Under the pieces are notes generated by a model. It did not search any database, had not been told where the DNA came from, and saw only the letters and a program-made list of their open reading frames with translations. DNA of 64,000 nucleotides from the NCBI GenBank assembly GCA_009787085.1, contig WRGR01000045.1:64075-128074 (forward strand). The letters are read 5' to 3'. Made by a program: the position numbers and the translations under genes. Within the stretch, counting starts at the first letter, position 1. Every line of letters begins with the position of its first letter. The DNA comes from Actinomycetes bacterium. GTDB lineage: Bacteria > Actinomycetota > Coriobacteriia > Coriobacteriales > UBA8131. Shown in pieces: positions 35,163 through 45,636 of the stretch.

Positions 35163-35720
35163 TTAGCCGAGCAGCCGCTTCAGTCGCCGCAGTTTTTCTG
35201 GGTCGATACGGTCGCCCAAAGCGTATTTGACATGGGAGTCTTGGCTGTTGTCTTGCTCTCGCTCCACACTGAGCGACTCCATCTCAGTATAAAAGCCGTC
35301 GGCAGACATCCGGCTGACATGGTTGCCAAGCACTGTCCATTGGGTGGCGGCATCAGATGTCACCACCAGCACCTCCAAGCCGCGCTCCACCGCTGCCTTG
35401 GCCTGCTCTTCGATAACACTGTCCGCCGTTTCTCCGGCTGCCGAGAACACCACCTCAACGCCGCCCATCAGCGTCGAGCGACCGTCAGAGAAGGCATTGT
35501 TGCCGCCATCAAAGACCACCACCGACCGGTACTCATGACCGGCGAAGTTGACGACATCGTTGACCAAAGCGTCCCGGGCAGCGTTGAAACTCTCGTCGCC
35601 GTAGTCCGGCATACGCTCCAAGAACGCCCGATAGCGCCCACCGGAACGCAAAACGTTATAGCCGTCGACGATCAGCAGCTTTTTGGTTTGGGGGATACGT
35701 TGGTTCGGCCTCTTGGCCAT
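35163..35720 (-). CDS. yacP: NYN-domain RNase (YacP/Rae1-like)
   Basis: LLIVDGYNVL and VVVFDGG. Conserved position after cysS-rlmB. Confidence 0.8.
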   Translation of the reverse strand: MAKRPNQRIPQTKKLLIVDGYNVLRSGGRYRAFLERMPDYGDESFNAARDALVNDVVNFAGHEYRSVVVFDGGNNAFSDGRSTLMGGVEVVFSAAGETADSVIEEQAKAAVERGLEVLVVTSDAATQWTVLGNHVSRMSADGFYTEMESLSVEREQDNSQDSHVKYALGDRIDPEKLRRLKRLLG

Positions 35721-35784
35721 CCTACACCCTCCTTCAGGGGTTGCGGCAAAAGCAAAGAGCGGCCCTTGTCGCGCTCATCTTCCC

Positions 35785-36351
35785 TCATCGGTTGCGCCGT
35801 CGCCATTCGTACATGATAGCCGTGGCAGCTTGGGCGATATTCAGAGATTGGGTGCAACCATATTGCGGCAGCTTCAGCATAAAGTCGCAACTCTCACGCA
35901 CCAAGCGAGCCAGACCAGTGTCCTCGGCGCCCATCACCAGCACAATTCGCCCCTCCAAGGGAGCCTGCCAGACGTCTTGGTCGGCGCCCTCCCAAGCGCC
36001 GGCTACCCAGAAGCCTTCATCCTGCAAGCGCTTCAGCGCTGCAGACAGGTTAGCTTCGCAAGCCACCAGCAGATGCTCCACGGCACCGGCGGAAGTGCGA
36101 TAGACGGTTTCATTGACTTGGGCGGCGCGGCGGTTGGGGATCAGGACACCCGTCGCCCCGACCACCTCGGCACTACGGATCACCGCCCCGAGGTTGCCGA
36201 CATCGGTGATGTGATCCAAGGCCACAATCAGTGCGCTCTGCTTTCCCTGCGCCCGCTGGACTAAGTCCTGAAGGGTGGCGTACTGGTAAGAAAAGCCCTG
36301 TTCACGGGATTCAAAACCCCGGCTCTTATCCCGCCATTCCGTCATCGGCAC
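35785..36351 (-). CDS. TrmH/SpoU-family RNA 2'-O-methyltransferase (RlmB-like, short form)
   Basis: LDHITDVGNLGAVIRSAEVVGA, LVMGAEDTGL and LNIAQAATAIMYE. At 188 aa it lacks the usual N-terminal substrate-binding domain. It overlaps the cysS end by 10 nt. Confidence 0.8.
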   Translation of the reverse strand: MPMTEWRDKSRGFESREQGFSYQYATLQDLVQRAQGKQSALIVALDHITDVGNLGAVIRSAEVVGATGVLIPNRRAAQVNETVYRTSAGAVEHLLVACEANLSAALKRLQDEGFWVAGAWEGADQDVWQAPLEGRIVLVMGAEDTGLARLVRESCDFMLKLPQYGCTQSLNIAQAATAIMYEWRRRNR

Positions 36352-37919
36352 TCTCCTTGATCCCGTGAGACGAGCACCACTCGAGTACCCAAGGCTGTGT
36401 CTTCGACGGCCAAGCCCAGTGCTGTCAGGCCATCGCGAACAGCATCGGCCAACGGCCAGTCTTTGTGCGCCCTCGCCTCGCCCCGCAAAGCGAGCAGTGC
36501 CTCGGCGGCCTCAACCGGATCGCCGCCATTGTAGGCCGCCAACTGCTCGGCCAGCAACACCAAGCCGACGGGCAGGGCTGGCTGTTGGTCATCACTGGCG
36601 GCGGCGAGCACCACACCAAGCACAGCCAACAGCTCCTGAATGGCCTCGGCGGCCTCCTGCAGGGCTGCCAGTAGCTCCAAGGTGTCATCAGCGGCGGCCA
36701 AAGCGACATTGACCGCCGTAACCAGTCCGTAGATGGCAGCCACTGCAGCGGCGCTGTTGAAATCGTCGTCCATCTGCTCCACGAAACGTGTCCGGCAGGC
36801 CGCTGTCTGGGTGCGAAGCTTGGCGGCCGTATCAGATGCTGCCGGGATGCCGGATCTGCCCCCTTGTTCGGTCGGCGGCGCAGCAGACGCGGCGGCCTGG
36901 GAGGTGGGGCCGCCAGCCGCCAAGGCGGTCTGCCCCAAACGCCAAGCGACATTGCGCAAGACGGACTCGATGCGCTGCAGGGCAGATGCAGCCTCATCTA
37001 AACGCTCAGCGGAGTAGTCAAAGGGCGAACGGTAGTGGGTCTGGGCCATCAGCAGCCGCAGCGCCGCCGCCGGCACCTGCCGCAAAACGTCTTTTAGGAA
37101 CAAGGAGTTGCCTTCAGACTTGCTCATTTTCTCGGCATCAAGGGTCAGCATACCGCCGTGCAGCCAATAGCGGGCAAAGCCGGCCTGATGGCAGGCCTCG
37201 GACTGGGCGATCTCGTTTTCGTGGTGGGGGAAGATCAGGTCCTCGCCGCCGCCATGGATGTCAAAGGTGCAGCCCAAGTAGCGTTGGCTCATCGCCGAGC
37301 ACTCCAAGTGCCAGCCCGGACGACCGGGTCCCCAGGGGGACTCCCAGAACGGCTCGCCGGTCTTGGCCGCCTTCCAAAGCGCGAAATCCAGCGGGTCATG
37401 CTTGCGTTCGTCTGGCTCCACTCGCGCCCCGGCTTGCAACTGGTCGATATCCCGACCGGAAAGCACACCGTATTGCGAAAAACTGCGCACGGAGAAATAG
37501 ACATCGCCATCCACCTCGTAAGCATGCCCCTTGGCCACCAAGCAGCTCACCAGCTCGACCATCGCCTCGATTTCCTCGGTCGCCCGGGGCCGCACTGTAG
37601 GGTCAGCGACTCCTAGGGCACGCATCGAGTCGATGAAGGCTTGGGCATACTGGGTGGCTACTTCGTCCGGACGACGACCCTCATCTTGGGCGCGACGTAT
37701 TATTTTGTCGTCAACATCGGTAATATTTTGCACAAAACGCACCTTGTAGCCGGAATACTCCAGATAGCGGCGGATCATATCAAAGGAGATGAAGGTACGG
37801 GCATTGCCGATATGAATATCATTGTAAACCGTGGGACCACAGACATAGAACCCCACCTGCCCGGCCACCAGCGGCACGAATTCTTCTTTGCGGCGACTCA
37901 TACTGTTGTATAGCTTCAT
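36342..37919 (-). CDS. cysS: Cysteine--tRNA ligase
   Basis: HIGNARTF (HIGH) and KMSKSEGN (KMSKS). An Ala-rich insertion sits in the C-terminal half. Confidence 0.93.
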   Translation of the reverse strand: MKLYNSMSRRKEEFVPLVAGQVGFYVCGPTVYNDIHIGNARTFISFDMIRRYLEYSGYKVRFVQNITDVDDKIIRRAQDEGRRPDEVATQYAQAFIDSMRALGVADPTVRPRATEEIEAMVELVSCLVAKGHAYEVDGDVYFSVRSFSQYGVLSGRDIDQLQAGARVEPDERKHDPLDFALWKAAKTGEPFWESPWGPGRPGWHLECSAMSQRYLGCTFDIHGGGEDLIFPHHENEIAQSEACHQAGFARYWLHGGMLTLDAEKMSKSEGNSLFLKDVLRQVPAAALRLLMAQTHYRSPFDYSAERLDEAASALQRIESVLRNVAWRLGQTALAAGGPTSQAAASAAPPTEQGGRSGIPAASDTAAKLRTQTAACRTRFVEQMDDDFNSAAAVAAIYGLVTAVNVALAAADDTLELLAALQEAAEAIQELLAVLGVVLAAASDDQQPALPVGLVLLAEQLAAYNGGDPVEAAEALLALRGEARAHKDWPLADAVRDGLTALGLAVEDTALGTRVVLVSRDQGECR

Positions 37920-38626
37920 AATGGCAGCTTCTCCCGAGGCAAATCGCTATTCCCTTCGGGTGACTCGCTATTCTCCCGATGCAGATCGTTTAGATGACTG
38001 TTCAGATTTTCTTCCAACTTGGCTAGTCGCTGCTCCAATTGGGAGATCTGCGCCTCCACCGGGTCGGGCAACAGGTCGCGGCGGTAGGGGTCAGCTGGGC
38101 AGATGCGGATGCCTTGCTGGCTGACTACATGCCCGGGAATGCCGACCACAGTGGAATCCGGCGGCACGTTATCCAACACCACAGCGCCGGCTCCGACTTT
38201 GCTGCGAGCGCCAATGGTGATGTTGCCGAGCACCGCCGCGCCGACTCCGATCACGGCACCGGCCTCGACGTTCGGATGGCGCTTACCGCCCTCCTTGCCA
38301 GTGCCGCCCAAGGTCACCCCTTGGTAGATGGTAACATCGTCGGCCACGTCGGTAGTCTCGCCGATGATCACACCCATGCCATGGTCGATGAACACCCGGC
38401 GACCGATAATCGCGCCGGGATGGATCTCAATACCAGTGAAAAACCGCGTGACCTGAGACACGAAGCGGGCCAAACCGCGCCGCCCGTGCCGCCAAAGCCA
38501 ATGCTCGCAACGGTGCGCGGCCACCGCCTGAATGCCGGGATAGTTCACCAGAATGCCAAGAGTCGAGGTGGCCGCCGGATCACGTTCCTTAACGGCTTGG
38601 ATATCTTCTCGCAGGGCGCTTACCAT
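37916..38626 (-). CDS. cysE: Serine O-acetyltransferase
   Basis: Left-handed beta-helix hexapeptide repeats (GIEIHPGAIIGRRVFIDHGMGVIIGET) and a SATase N-terminal region. Confidence 0.9.
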   Translation of the reverse strand: MVSALREDIQAVKERDPAATSTLGILVNYPGIQAVAAHRCEHWLWRHGRRGLARFVSQVTRFFTGIEIHPGAIIGRRVFIDHGMGVIIGETTDVADDVTIYQGVTLGGTGKEGGKRHPNVEAGAVIGVGAAVLGNITIGARSKVGAGAVVLDNVPPDSTVVGIPGHVVSQQGIRICPADPYRRDLLPDPVEAQISQLEQRLAKLEENLNSHLNDLHRENSESPEGNSDLPREKLPL

Positions 38627-38630
38627 GGGC

Positions 38631-39146
38631 TCAATCTTGCCTCTTTCCCTCTAACAATGCAACAGCTGTGGCCGAAATACCTTCGCCTCGGCCTGTGAAC
38701 CCCAAACCCTCGCTAGTGGTCGCCTTGACACCAATCATCCGAGTGCTAATACCCATAGCCGCCGCCAAGGTTTGGCGCATTGCCTCTCGGTAACCAGCCA
38801 GCTTCGGCTGCTCGGCAACGACCACGGAGTCGATGTCTAGGATATAAAAACCCTCACCGGCAAGCATCTCGGCCACGTTCTTTAACAACAGCAGCGAATT
38901 GGCACCACAGTATGCCGGATCATCATCTGGGAAATGCGACCCGATGTCATCCATTCGAGCCGCTCCGAGCAATGCGTCGATTATAGCATGAACCAAAACG
39001 TCGGCATCAGAATGCCCCGACAAACCACGGAAATTCCGGATATGCACACCGCCAATGACCAACGGTCGGTTGTCGTTAGGTGCAGCAAAAGCATGCACAT
39101 CATGGCCGATGCCGATATGCAGACCAACACCTACTGGCAGGCTCAT
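38631..39146 (-). CDS. ispF: 2-C-methyl-D-erythritol 2,4-cyclodiphosphate synthase
   Basis: GIGHDVHAF, GHSDADVLVHAIIDALLGA, DIGSHFP. Confidence 0.92.
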   Translation of the reverse strand: MSLPVGVGLHIGIGHDVHAFAAPNDNRPLVIGGVHIRNFRGLSGHSDADVLVHAIIDALLGAARMDDIGSHFPDDDPAYCGANSLLLLKNVAEMLAGEGFYILDIDSVVVAEQPKLAGYREAMRQTLAAAMGISTRMIGVKATTSEGLGFTGRGEGISATAVALLEGKRQD

Positions 39147-39249
39147 AGCTGCACAGCCGAAACTTGGCTGGGGCGGTCCAGCTCACAATCTGGCATAACA
39201 GCATTGATCGGCATCTCCCTAAGAAAAGCGCCGCCGGCCACGAATGCCC

Positions 39250-40152
39250 TCATTCTGCCCCTTCATCCTTCAGCCGAATCATCAGGCCGGCTTCCACGGA
39301 TGCCCAATCCTCGGGTACCGTGATCTTGATGTTGTCCCTGGGACCGCGCACCAACACCACGTTCCCCTCGATCCGCTCCACCAGCGAGCTGTCGTCAGTG
39401 CCCACAAAGCCTTCAGCCAAAGCGGTGGCATGGGCAGTGCGGATCACCTCGGAGCGAAAGACCTGAGGGGTTTGAGCAACCCAAAGCAAAGAACGGTCCG
39501 GGGAACCGATGATATTGGTGCCGTTGACCACCTTCAGGGTATCGATAGCCGGATAACCCACCACCGCGCCATCAATCTCTAGGTTACCGCGGACAGTGGA
39601 GATAACATGATTGATCAACTCCGGGGTGATCAGCGGTCGGGCGCCATCGTGCACAGCTATCAGCTCATAGCCCTCAGGCACGGCATTAATGCCGACAAAG
39701 GACGACTCCTGACGGACCACCCCTGCCGCCACCATCACTATCGGGGTGACAAAGGGAAAGGCATCAATCGCCTGATGGCAGTATTCCTCCATCCGCCCTT
39801 CTGGTGCCGCTATGACGATCAGGCCGACATCAGCCACGGCATCAAAGGCCTCGGCGCTCCACGTCAGGATAGGCTTGCCATGGATCTCCAACAGCTGCTT
39901 GCCGCCAGTACGACCGAAGCGCTCTCCGGCACCACCGGCCACGATCACGGCAGCCGTGCTCGGGTGGTCGGAAACCTGGCCTTTGATGGCCGTCAATGCA
40001 GCAACCACACCGTCCAAACGCCCCTGTTTCAGCAAAACCCCGGGAGCCTCCAGCACCGCTGGCGTTTTTACCGGATCCCGGGAACCACCGGCAGTCGATT
40101 GTTTGTTCAACCGGTTATTCGCACTAACGGGATTTGCGGGATACTCTGGCAT
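39250..40152 (-). CDS. ispD: 2-C-methyl-D-erythritol 4-phosphate cytidylyltransferase
   Basis: AAVIVAGGAGERFG and the downstream IspD core. About 60 N-terminal residues of the ORF show no similarity, so the true start may be an internal non-ATG codon. Confidence 0.85.
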   Translation of the reverse strand: MPEYPANPVSANNRLNKQSTAGGSRDPVKTPAVLEAPGVLLKQGRLDGVVAALTAIKGQVSDHPSTAAVIVAGGAGERFGRTGGKQLLEIHGKPILTWSAEAFDAVADVGLIVIAAPEGRMEEYCHQAIDAFPFVTPIVMVAAGVVRQESSFVGINAVPEGYELIAVHDGARPLITPELINHVISTVRGNLEIDGAVVGYPAIDTLKVVNGTNIIGSPDRSLLWVAQTPQVFRSEVIRTAHATALAEGFVGTDDSSLVERIEGNVVLVRGPRDNIKITVPEDWASVEAGLMIRLKDEGAE

Positions 40153-40178
40153 GGCTGACCAATACTGTTCTTCGGCTC

Positions 40179-40721
40179 TTAAGTGTTACCCAAAATGGCG
40201 GGGTTCTTAGCTATTATGATCAAAGTGATAATAAGAACGGCTGCAGCAATGACAACGCTCAGTAGCGACACGATCAGGCCAATCTGCGCCAACTCCCGGC
40301 GTGGCCCGTAAAGACCCAAAGCGGAAAGCACCACACCGGAGACAGCAGGGAGAAACGCTATCCCACCCAGCCAACTGAGCAGCAAAGCCATGCTGCCAAG
40401 CGCGAAACCGGCTACTGCACAGCCCTGCAAGCGCCGCTGCTTGGCAGCCTCATCACTTGTTACCGGACGATTGGGGCTGCCGGGCGTTGACCGATTGGAG
40501 AAGGGGAAAACGCTTTGGCCAAAACCTGCGGCAGGGCGCTCCTGTGTCTGCTCGGATTGCCCAGCCTCTCCGGAACCGGCAGCCGAGACAACGCAACCAG
40601 GATTGTCCATAAGCCTGTCTGTCCACTTCTCACCATCCCAGAAACGGATTTTATCAGAACCCCTTTTGGGGTCGGGATACCAACCTGCAGGTACCTCTGA
40701 CACGTCTCCTCCTTTTGCCAA
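40179..40721 (-). CDS. DUF2510-domain membrane protein
   Basis: GWYPDPKRGSDKIRFWDGEKWT motif plus C-terminal TM helices. Confidence 0.7.
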   Translation of the reverse strand: MAKGGDVSEVPAGWYPDPKRGSDKIRFWDGEKWTDRLMDNPGCVVSAAGSGEAGQSEQTQERPAAGFGQSVFPFSNRSTPGSPNRPVTSDEAAKQRRLQGCAVAGFALGSMALLLSWLGGIAFLPAVSGVVLSALGLYGPRRELAQIGLIVSLLSVVIAAAVLIITLIIIAKNPAILGNT

Positions 40722-41028
40722 TTACCGACTCTACTTATCTGCGCCGCGCCGCAGCATGGCGGCTTGACTGTTGGGTTTTGAAATTATACCACGTCCCCAA
40801 AGAAAGGCCGATCAATGCTGCTGGACGTGCTATGCGAGGCAAAGGGCAGGGCAAGGGAACACCCTTTTTCGTAGGTTATATGCAACTTGCTCTGTCTTTT
40901 TATCATACTGGCGGCACCAGCCAATGAATCGGAGCAGCTATGTTATGATTGTGGTTTGTGATTAACCATTTGGTTTATCGATTATTCAGCACCTTCTTGG
41001 GGAGAGACAGGGAAAGGAAAAAATAAAG

Positions 41029-42771
41029 ATGCATTCTCGCTTCCGCGTAGTTGTTGCCTTGTTCATGAGCCTGCTGCTGATAGGTTTTTCGCCCACGTCT
41101 TATGCTGCTGGCAATGGATCCGTGCCTAACCCAGCCGATGCCAACAGCAGCCCGTCTGACGCTGCCAGTGTTGCTGCAGCCCCGACAGGCACCGTCTCGA
41201 ATGGTGCCATGACCAACCCGGCCGATGCCCCTACAGATGCCAGCGCTGGCGGCACTGCGGGTGCCACTACTGATGAGCCGACACCTGAACCTGATCCAAC
41301 GCCAACTCCCACCCCGGTTCCAACACCAACACCAACACCAACGCCAACACCCACTCCACAGCCCACACCCAAACCGACCCCAGAGCCAATGCCCGCCCCA
41401 GAGCCTGCACCGATGCTGGAGCAGATACTCCCCGGCAGCATCTACAGCATTGTCTCAAACAGCAACGCCGGCCTTTGTGTGACCATCTCAGGCGGCTTAC
41501 GCAAAACCGGCACTGAAGCGGTGGCATCAGTATTCGCAGACGAGCTGTCGCAGAAGTTCATGGCCGTGAAGACCGGCAGCGACACAGTCGCCTTCCAAGC
41601 CATCCACTCCGGGCATTACTTGTCAATCATCAACGGCAAGGTGGTGCAGCGAAACGGCTCTGTCGGCCCCGGTGCCGCCCAGAATTTCAAGCTGCTTCGC
41701 GCTGAGGGCGGCACATTGTTATTTAACGCCGCCAGCAACTGCTACCTAAGTGTTTCGGCATCTGGCAGACTGGTGCTTTCCCAGTCTGCCAGCGACAGCA
41801 AAAACCTCTTCAGCCTGTGCAAAGTCAATGTGCTAGACTCCGGGCATTATCGTTTTTACACGCCGAACAAGGGCTTTATCAGCATCAAGTCGGCCTCTAA
41901 GAAAAGTGGTGGCAAAGCGGTGTTGGCCAAAAGCAGCACAAGTGCCGCCCAAATCTGGACAGCCAGTGTCTCGGCTTCAGCAGACACCATGAGATTGGCC
42001 AACTATCAGTCGGTGTTAAGCCTGTCTTTGAACGGCGGCTCTACCGCAAACGGCACAGCCTTGGTACAGACGGCCTACAAAAGCCAACAAAGCCAGCTTT
42101 TCTCTCTGCTGCCAGCAGGCGGCGGTTGGTTTGTGCTGAAGAGCAATCTCGGTGTCTATGTCACGGCATCAAGCGGCAAGGTCGGTGCCTACCTAAAAAC
42201 CACTACCAACAAAAACAAAGCCTTGAGGTTGCGTTTCCAGAGCAAAGACTATAAACTGCCGGGAGCAAAAAGGGACTATCGCCAAGGTTTGATCCATGAC
42301 TACAAGCCTTGGGAAGACCAGCGCTATATCGTCTTGCATGACACTGAGGGACTAGGCACCCCGGCATCGGTGCTCAACTGGTGGTCGCGTCCCAAAAACC
42401 CCGGGGTGGCAACACATTTCGTCATCGGTCGTGATGGCAGCGTCTTGCAAGCCGTACCTTTGGACAACGTCGCCTATCATGCTGGCAGTGGCGTACCCAA
42501 GCTCTACAGCACCTTTAAGACACCGTATGGCATGAACTACCACTCCATCGGCATTGAGATGATCCATGTGGGACGCGACCAGTCACACCCCTATACCAAA
42601 GCACAGCTACAGGCGCTTGACCGGGTAATCGCCTATATCGACGGCTATTACGGCAAAAAGTGTACGATCATCGACCATAAAGCCTGGGCAATCGGCAACT
42701 CCGACACCTCGCCGGAATTCGCTAGGTACCTGAAAAACTACAAGAAGTACCGCAGCTATAAGAATCCCTAG
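41029..42771 (+). CDS. Secreted N-acetylmuramoyl-L-alanine amidase with a PT-rich linker and lectin-like repeats
   Basis: Signal peptide ([26 protein letters not shown]), a (PT)n linker, beta-trefoil-like repeats with QxW-like motifs, and a C-terminal Amidase_2/PGRP domain ([28 protein letters not shown]). Confidence 0.8.
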   Translation: MHSRFRVVVALFMSLLLIGFSPTSYAAGNGSVPNPADANSSPSDAASVAAAPTGTVSNGAMTNPADAPTDASAGGTAGATTDEPTPEPDPTPTPTPVPTPTPTPTPTPTPQPTPKPTPEPMPAPEPAPMLEQILPGSIYSIVSNSNAGLCVTISGGLRKTGTEAVASVFADELSQKFMAVKTGSDTVAFQAIHSGHYLSIINGKVVQRNGSVGPGAAQNFKLLRAEGGTLLFNAASNCYLSVSASGRLVLSQSASDSKNLFSLCKVNVLDSGHYRFYTPNKGFISIKSASKKSGGKAVLAKSSTSAAQIWTASVSASADTMRLANYQSVLSLSLNGGSTANGTALVQTAYKSQQSQLFSLLPAGGGWFVLKSNLGVYVTASSGKVGAYLKTTTNKNKALRLRFQSKDYKLPGAKRDYRQGLIHDYKPWEDQRYIVLHDTEGLGTPASVLNWWSRPKNPGVATHFVIGRDGSVLQAVPLDNVAYHAGSGVPKLYSTFKTPYGMNYHSIGIEMIHVGRDQSHPYTKAQLQALDRVIAYIDGYYGKKCTIIDHKAWAIGNSDTSPEFARYLKNYKKYRSYKNP

Positions 42772-43017
42772 GGAAGCGCCGCTCCAACACCCAAACCCCA
42801 GTCATTGCGGGCCCAGGGACGGCAATTTTTCCCTTGGTCAGCAGGGTGGACGTGGTGCCGTAGTGGGCGTGCCGCAGTGGGCCTTGATGCCTCTGGCGGG
42901 AACCTGTGCGCCCGCCTCGGACAGGGCGGCCGCCCCGACCGGGCAACCGGTCAAGGCGCCCAGACGGGCATCCCAGCTCGGCCAGCCAGCTCGGCCAGCC
43001 AGCCTTGCCCGGCCGAC

Positions 43018-45585
43018 TTAGCCCTCAGCCTGCAGGCCGTCACCGGAGCCGGAGGCCGAGCCAGAGCCGACTCCAGAGAAGATCGGGGTGATTAGCTCCT
43101 GCTCGCGCTGGATGCTGGTGCGCTGACGCGGTCGGGGAATCTCGCCGGCATGGCCATCGAAGACAATGCCGCTGCCGTCATAGTCCACATCGATGATCGT
43201 TCCCGGCTGCCATCTGCCCTCTAAGACCTGCTCTGAGATGGGGTCTTCGACCAAACGCTGGATAGCACGGCGTAACGGCCGGGCACCGAAGGTGGAATCC
43301 GTCCCCTCATCAGCAATGTAGGTGCGAGCAGCCTCGGAAAGCTCGATGCTCATCCCCTGCCCGATCAACCGGTCACGGAGATCAGAAACCATCAGCTCGA
43401 CGATGGCGGCGATCTGCTCTCTGTTCAGCGACTTGAAGACGATGATCTCGTCGATACGGTTCAAGAACTCCGGACGGAAGAGCTTCTTCATCTCGCTCAT
43501 CACTCGGCTGTTGATCTCGCGGTCGGAAAGGCCGCTCTTGCCGTCACCGGAGCCAAAGCCGATCGGGGTGTCTTTAGCGATCTCCCGTGCCCCAACATTG
43601 GAGGTCATGATGATCACAGTGTTGCGGAAATCAACCTTGCGCCCTTGGCCGTCGGTCAGGCGCCCCTCCTCCAGAATCTGCAATAGGATGTTGAAGACGT
43701 CCGGGTGGGCCTTCTCGATCTCGTCGAAGAGGATCACCGAGTACGGCCGTTGGCGCACCGCCTTGGTCAGCTGTCCGCCCTCATCGTAGCCGACATAGCC
43801 GGGAGGCGAGCCCACCAAGCGGGAGACAGTGTGCTTCTCCATATATTCACTCATGTCGAAGGAGAGCAGGGCATCCTCGGAGTTGAAGAGGAACTCGGCC
43901 AAGGCCTTGGAAAGCTCGGTCTTGCCAACGCCTGATGGGCCCAGGAAGATGAAGGAACCAGCCGGGCGCTTGGGGTCTTTGAGGCCGGCACGGGAACGGC
44001 GGATGGCCTTGGACACCGCGCACACCGCCTCTTCTTGGCCGATGATCCGCTCGTGCAGCACGTTTTCCATGCGCAGCAGCTTCTCGGTCTCGGCCTCTGT
44101 CAGGTCAGCGACCGGCACGCCGGTAGTCATGGAGACGATATCGGCGATCTCCCGCCCAGTCACCGCGACCACTTCCTTGACGCTGTCCTCGCGCCATTTC
44201 TCCTCCAAGGCGCGGCGCTGGTTCATCAACTGGCGCTCCTCGTCGCGGAGCTTGGCCGCAGTCTCGAATTCTTGGGTGGCTATGGCCTCGTCCTTCTCGG
44301 CACGGACTTTGCGGATCTCCTCGTCCATGCTGTGGACATCGGCCGGAATGGTCATGTTGCGGATGCGCATCCGGGCTCCGGCCTCGTCGATAACATCAAT
44401 GGCCTTATCCGGCAAGAAGCGGTCTTGGACATAGCGGTCGGCCAGGCTCACTGCCGCCTGCAGTGCCTCGTCCGTGAAGCGCACCCGGTGGTGCGCCTCA
44501 TAGCGGTCGCGCAGCCCGGTCAGGATCCGTACCGCCTGCTCTTGGCTCGGCTCGTTGATCATCACGGTCTGGAAACGTCGCTCCAAGGCAGCGTCCTTCT
44601 CAATATGCTTGCGATACTCTTCAGAAGTGGCAGCGCCGATCACTTGGATCTCACCACGGGAAAGCGGCGGCTTGAGAATGGCTGCGGCGTCGATGGAGCC
44701 CTCGGCCGAGCCGGCACCGATGATGGTGTGCATCTCGTCGATGAACAAGATGATGTCATCGCGCTCCTTGGCCTCTTTGACCACGCGCTTCATGCGGTCC
44801 TCGAACTCGCCGCGGTACTTGCTGCCGGCCACTAGGGCCGAAACATCCAAAGTGATCAGCTGTTTATGGCGGAGGATGTCCGGCACCTGCTCGCTGGCAA
44901 TCAGCTGCGCCAAGCCTTCGGCGATAGCCGTCTTGCCAACGCCCGGATCGCCGAGCAAAAGCGGGTTGTTCTTGGAACGGCGCGAGAGTATCTGCATCAC
45001 CCGCTCGATCTCCGCCTCCCGGCCGACCACCGGGTCGAGCTTGTTTTGCTTGGCCTGTTCAGTGAGGTTGGTACCGAAGTCATCTAGGAAGCTCTCGCCT
45101 TCCTGAAAATCCTCTTCATCGCGGGCCTGAGGGCCAGCGAAAGCCGATGATTTGTGGAGGATCTCGATCACTGCACCCCTGACCCTTGCAGCATCAATGC
45201 CCAGTTGGGACAAAGCTTGGACGGCAATGCCGTTGCCCTCGCGCATCATGCCTAACAACAGGTGCTCGGTGGAGATATAGTTCTGTCCCAACTGCATCGT
45301 CTCACGCAAGGCATACTCCATCACCCTCTTGACCCGCGGCGTGAAGCTGAGGTGGCCACTGGGGGCCTCTGAGCCTTCTTCGGTCAAATTGGTGACTTGC
45401 GCCAAGATGTCGTCATAGCCGACGTTCAAGGACTCCAAAGCCTGCGCGGCGATGCCGTCCTTCTCCCTCAGTAGCCCGAGCAACAGATGCTCGGTGCCTA
45501 CAAAAGACTGTTTGAGGTTGCGGGCCTCATCTTGTGCCATGGCCAGCACGTTACGAGCTTTATCGGTAAACCTATCAAATGACAT
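43018..45585 (-). CDS. clpC: ATP-dependent Clp protease ATP-binding subunit ClpC
   Basis: Clp_N repeats (FTDKARNVLAMAQDEARNL) and two AAA+ P-loops (GDPGVGKTAI, GPSGVGKTEL). The ATG at 45585 (MSFDRFTDKA) lies after AAGGGAG. Confidence 0.92.
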   Translation of the reverse strand: MSFDRFTDKARNVLAMAQDEARNLKQSFVGTEHLLLGLLREKDGIAAQALESLNVGYDDILAQVTNLTEEGSEAPSGHLSFTPRVKRVMEYALRETMQLGQNYISTEHLLLGMMREGNGIAVQALSQLGIDAARVRGAVIEILHKSSAFAGPQARDEEDFQEGESFLDDFGTNLTEQAKQNKLDPVVGREAEIERVMQILSRRSKNNPLLLGDPGVGKTAIAEGLAQLIASEQVPDILRHKQLITLDVSALVAGSKYRGEFEDRMKRVVKEAKERDDIILFIDEMHTIIGAGSAEGSIDAAAILKPPLSRGEIQVIGAATSEEYRKHIEKDAALERRFQTVMINEPSQEQAVRILTGLRDRYEAHHRVRFTDEALQAAVSLADRYVQDRFLPDKAIDVIDEAGARMRIRNMTIPADVHSMDEEIRKVRAEKDEAIATQEFETAAKLRDEERQLMNQRRALEEKWREDSVKEVVAVTGREIADIVSMTTGVPVADLTEAETEKLLRMENVLHERIIGQEEAVCAVSKAIRRSRAGLKDPKRPAGSFIFLGPSGVGKTELSKALAEFLFNSEDALLSFDMSEYMEKHTVSRLVGSPPGYVGYDEGGQLTKAVRQRPYSVILFDEIEKAHPDVFNILLQILEEGRLTDGQGRKVDFRNTVIIMTSNVGAREIAKDTPIGFGSGDGKSGLSDREINSRVMSEMKKLFRPEFLNRIDEIIVFKSLNREQIAAIVELMVSDLRDRLIGQGMSIELSEAARTYIADEGTDSTFGARPLRRAIQRLVEDPISEQVLEGRWQPGTIIDVDYDGSGIVFDGHAGEIPRPRQRTSIQREQELITPIFSGVGSGSASGSGDGLQAEG

Positions 45586-45636
45586 TTCCGGCTCCCTTGA
45601 CATGCTCCTGGCAATACAGCCCGGAGCGGCTTATGC

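Noticed and set aside
36365-37616. Several long plus-strand ORFs antisense to cysS (36365-36712, 36788-37600, 37158-37616) and the alternative minus-strand frame 36425-36997
   Set aside because: cysS has clear HIGH and KMSKS motifs on the minus strand. The other ORFs are Arg/Pro/Ala-rich, typical of high-GC non-coding frames.
41290-41400. CCAACACC-type simple repeat and the antisense ORFs 41100-41441 and 41267-41527
   Set aside because: The repeat encodes the (PT)n linker of the secreted amidase. It is not a CRISPR array or an independent element, and the antisense ORFs are Gly/Val repeat artefacts.
42960-43000. Tandem CAGCTCGGCCAGC x2 and GC-rich palindromes downstream of clpC, with ORFs 42722-42946, 42805-43095 and 42906-43091
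   Set aside because: It is a short 13 bp duplication in a GC-rich spacer between convergent genes. The ORF products are Arg/Gly/Pro-rich, and no structure or family is recognisable. It is probably terminator-region sequence.
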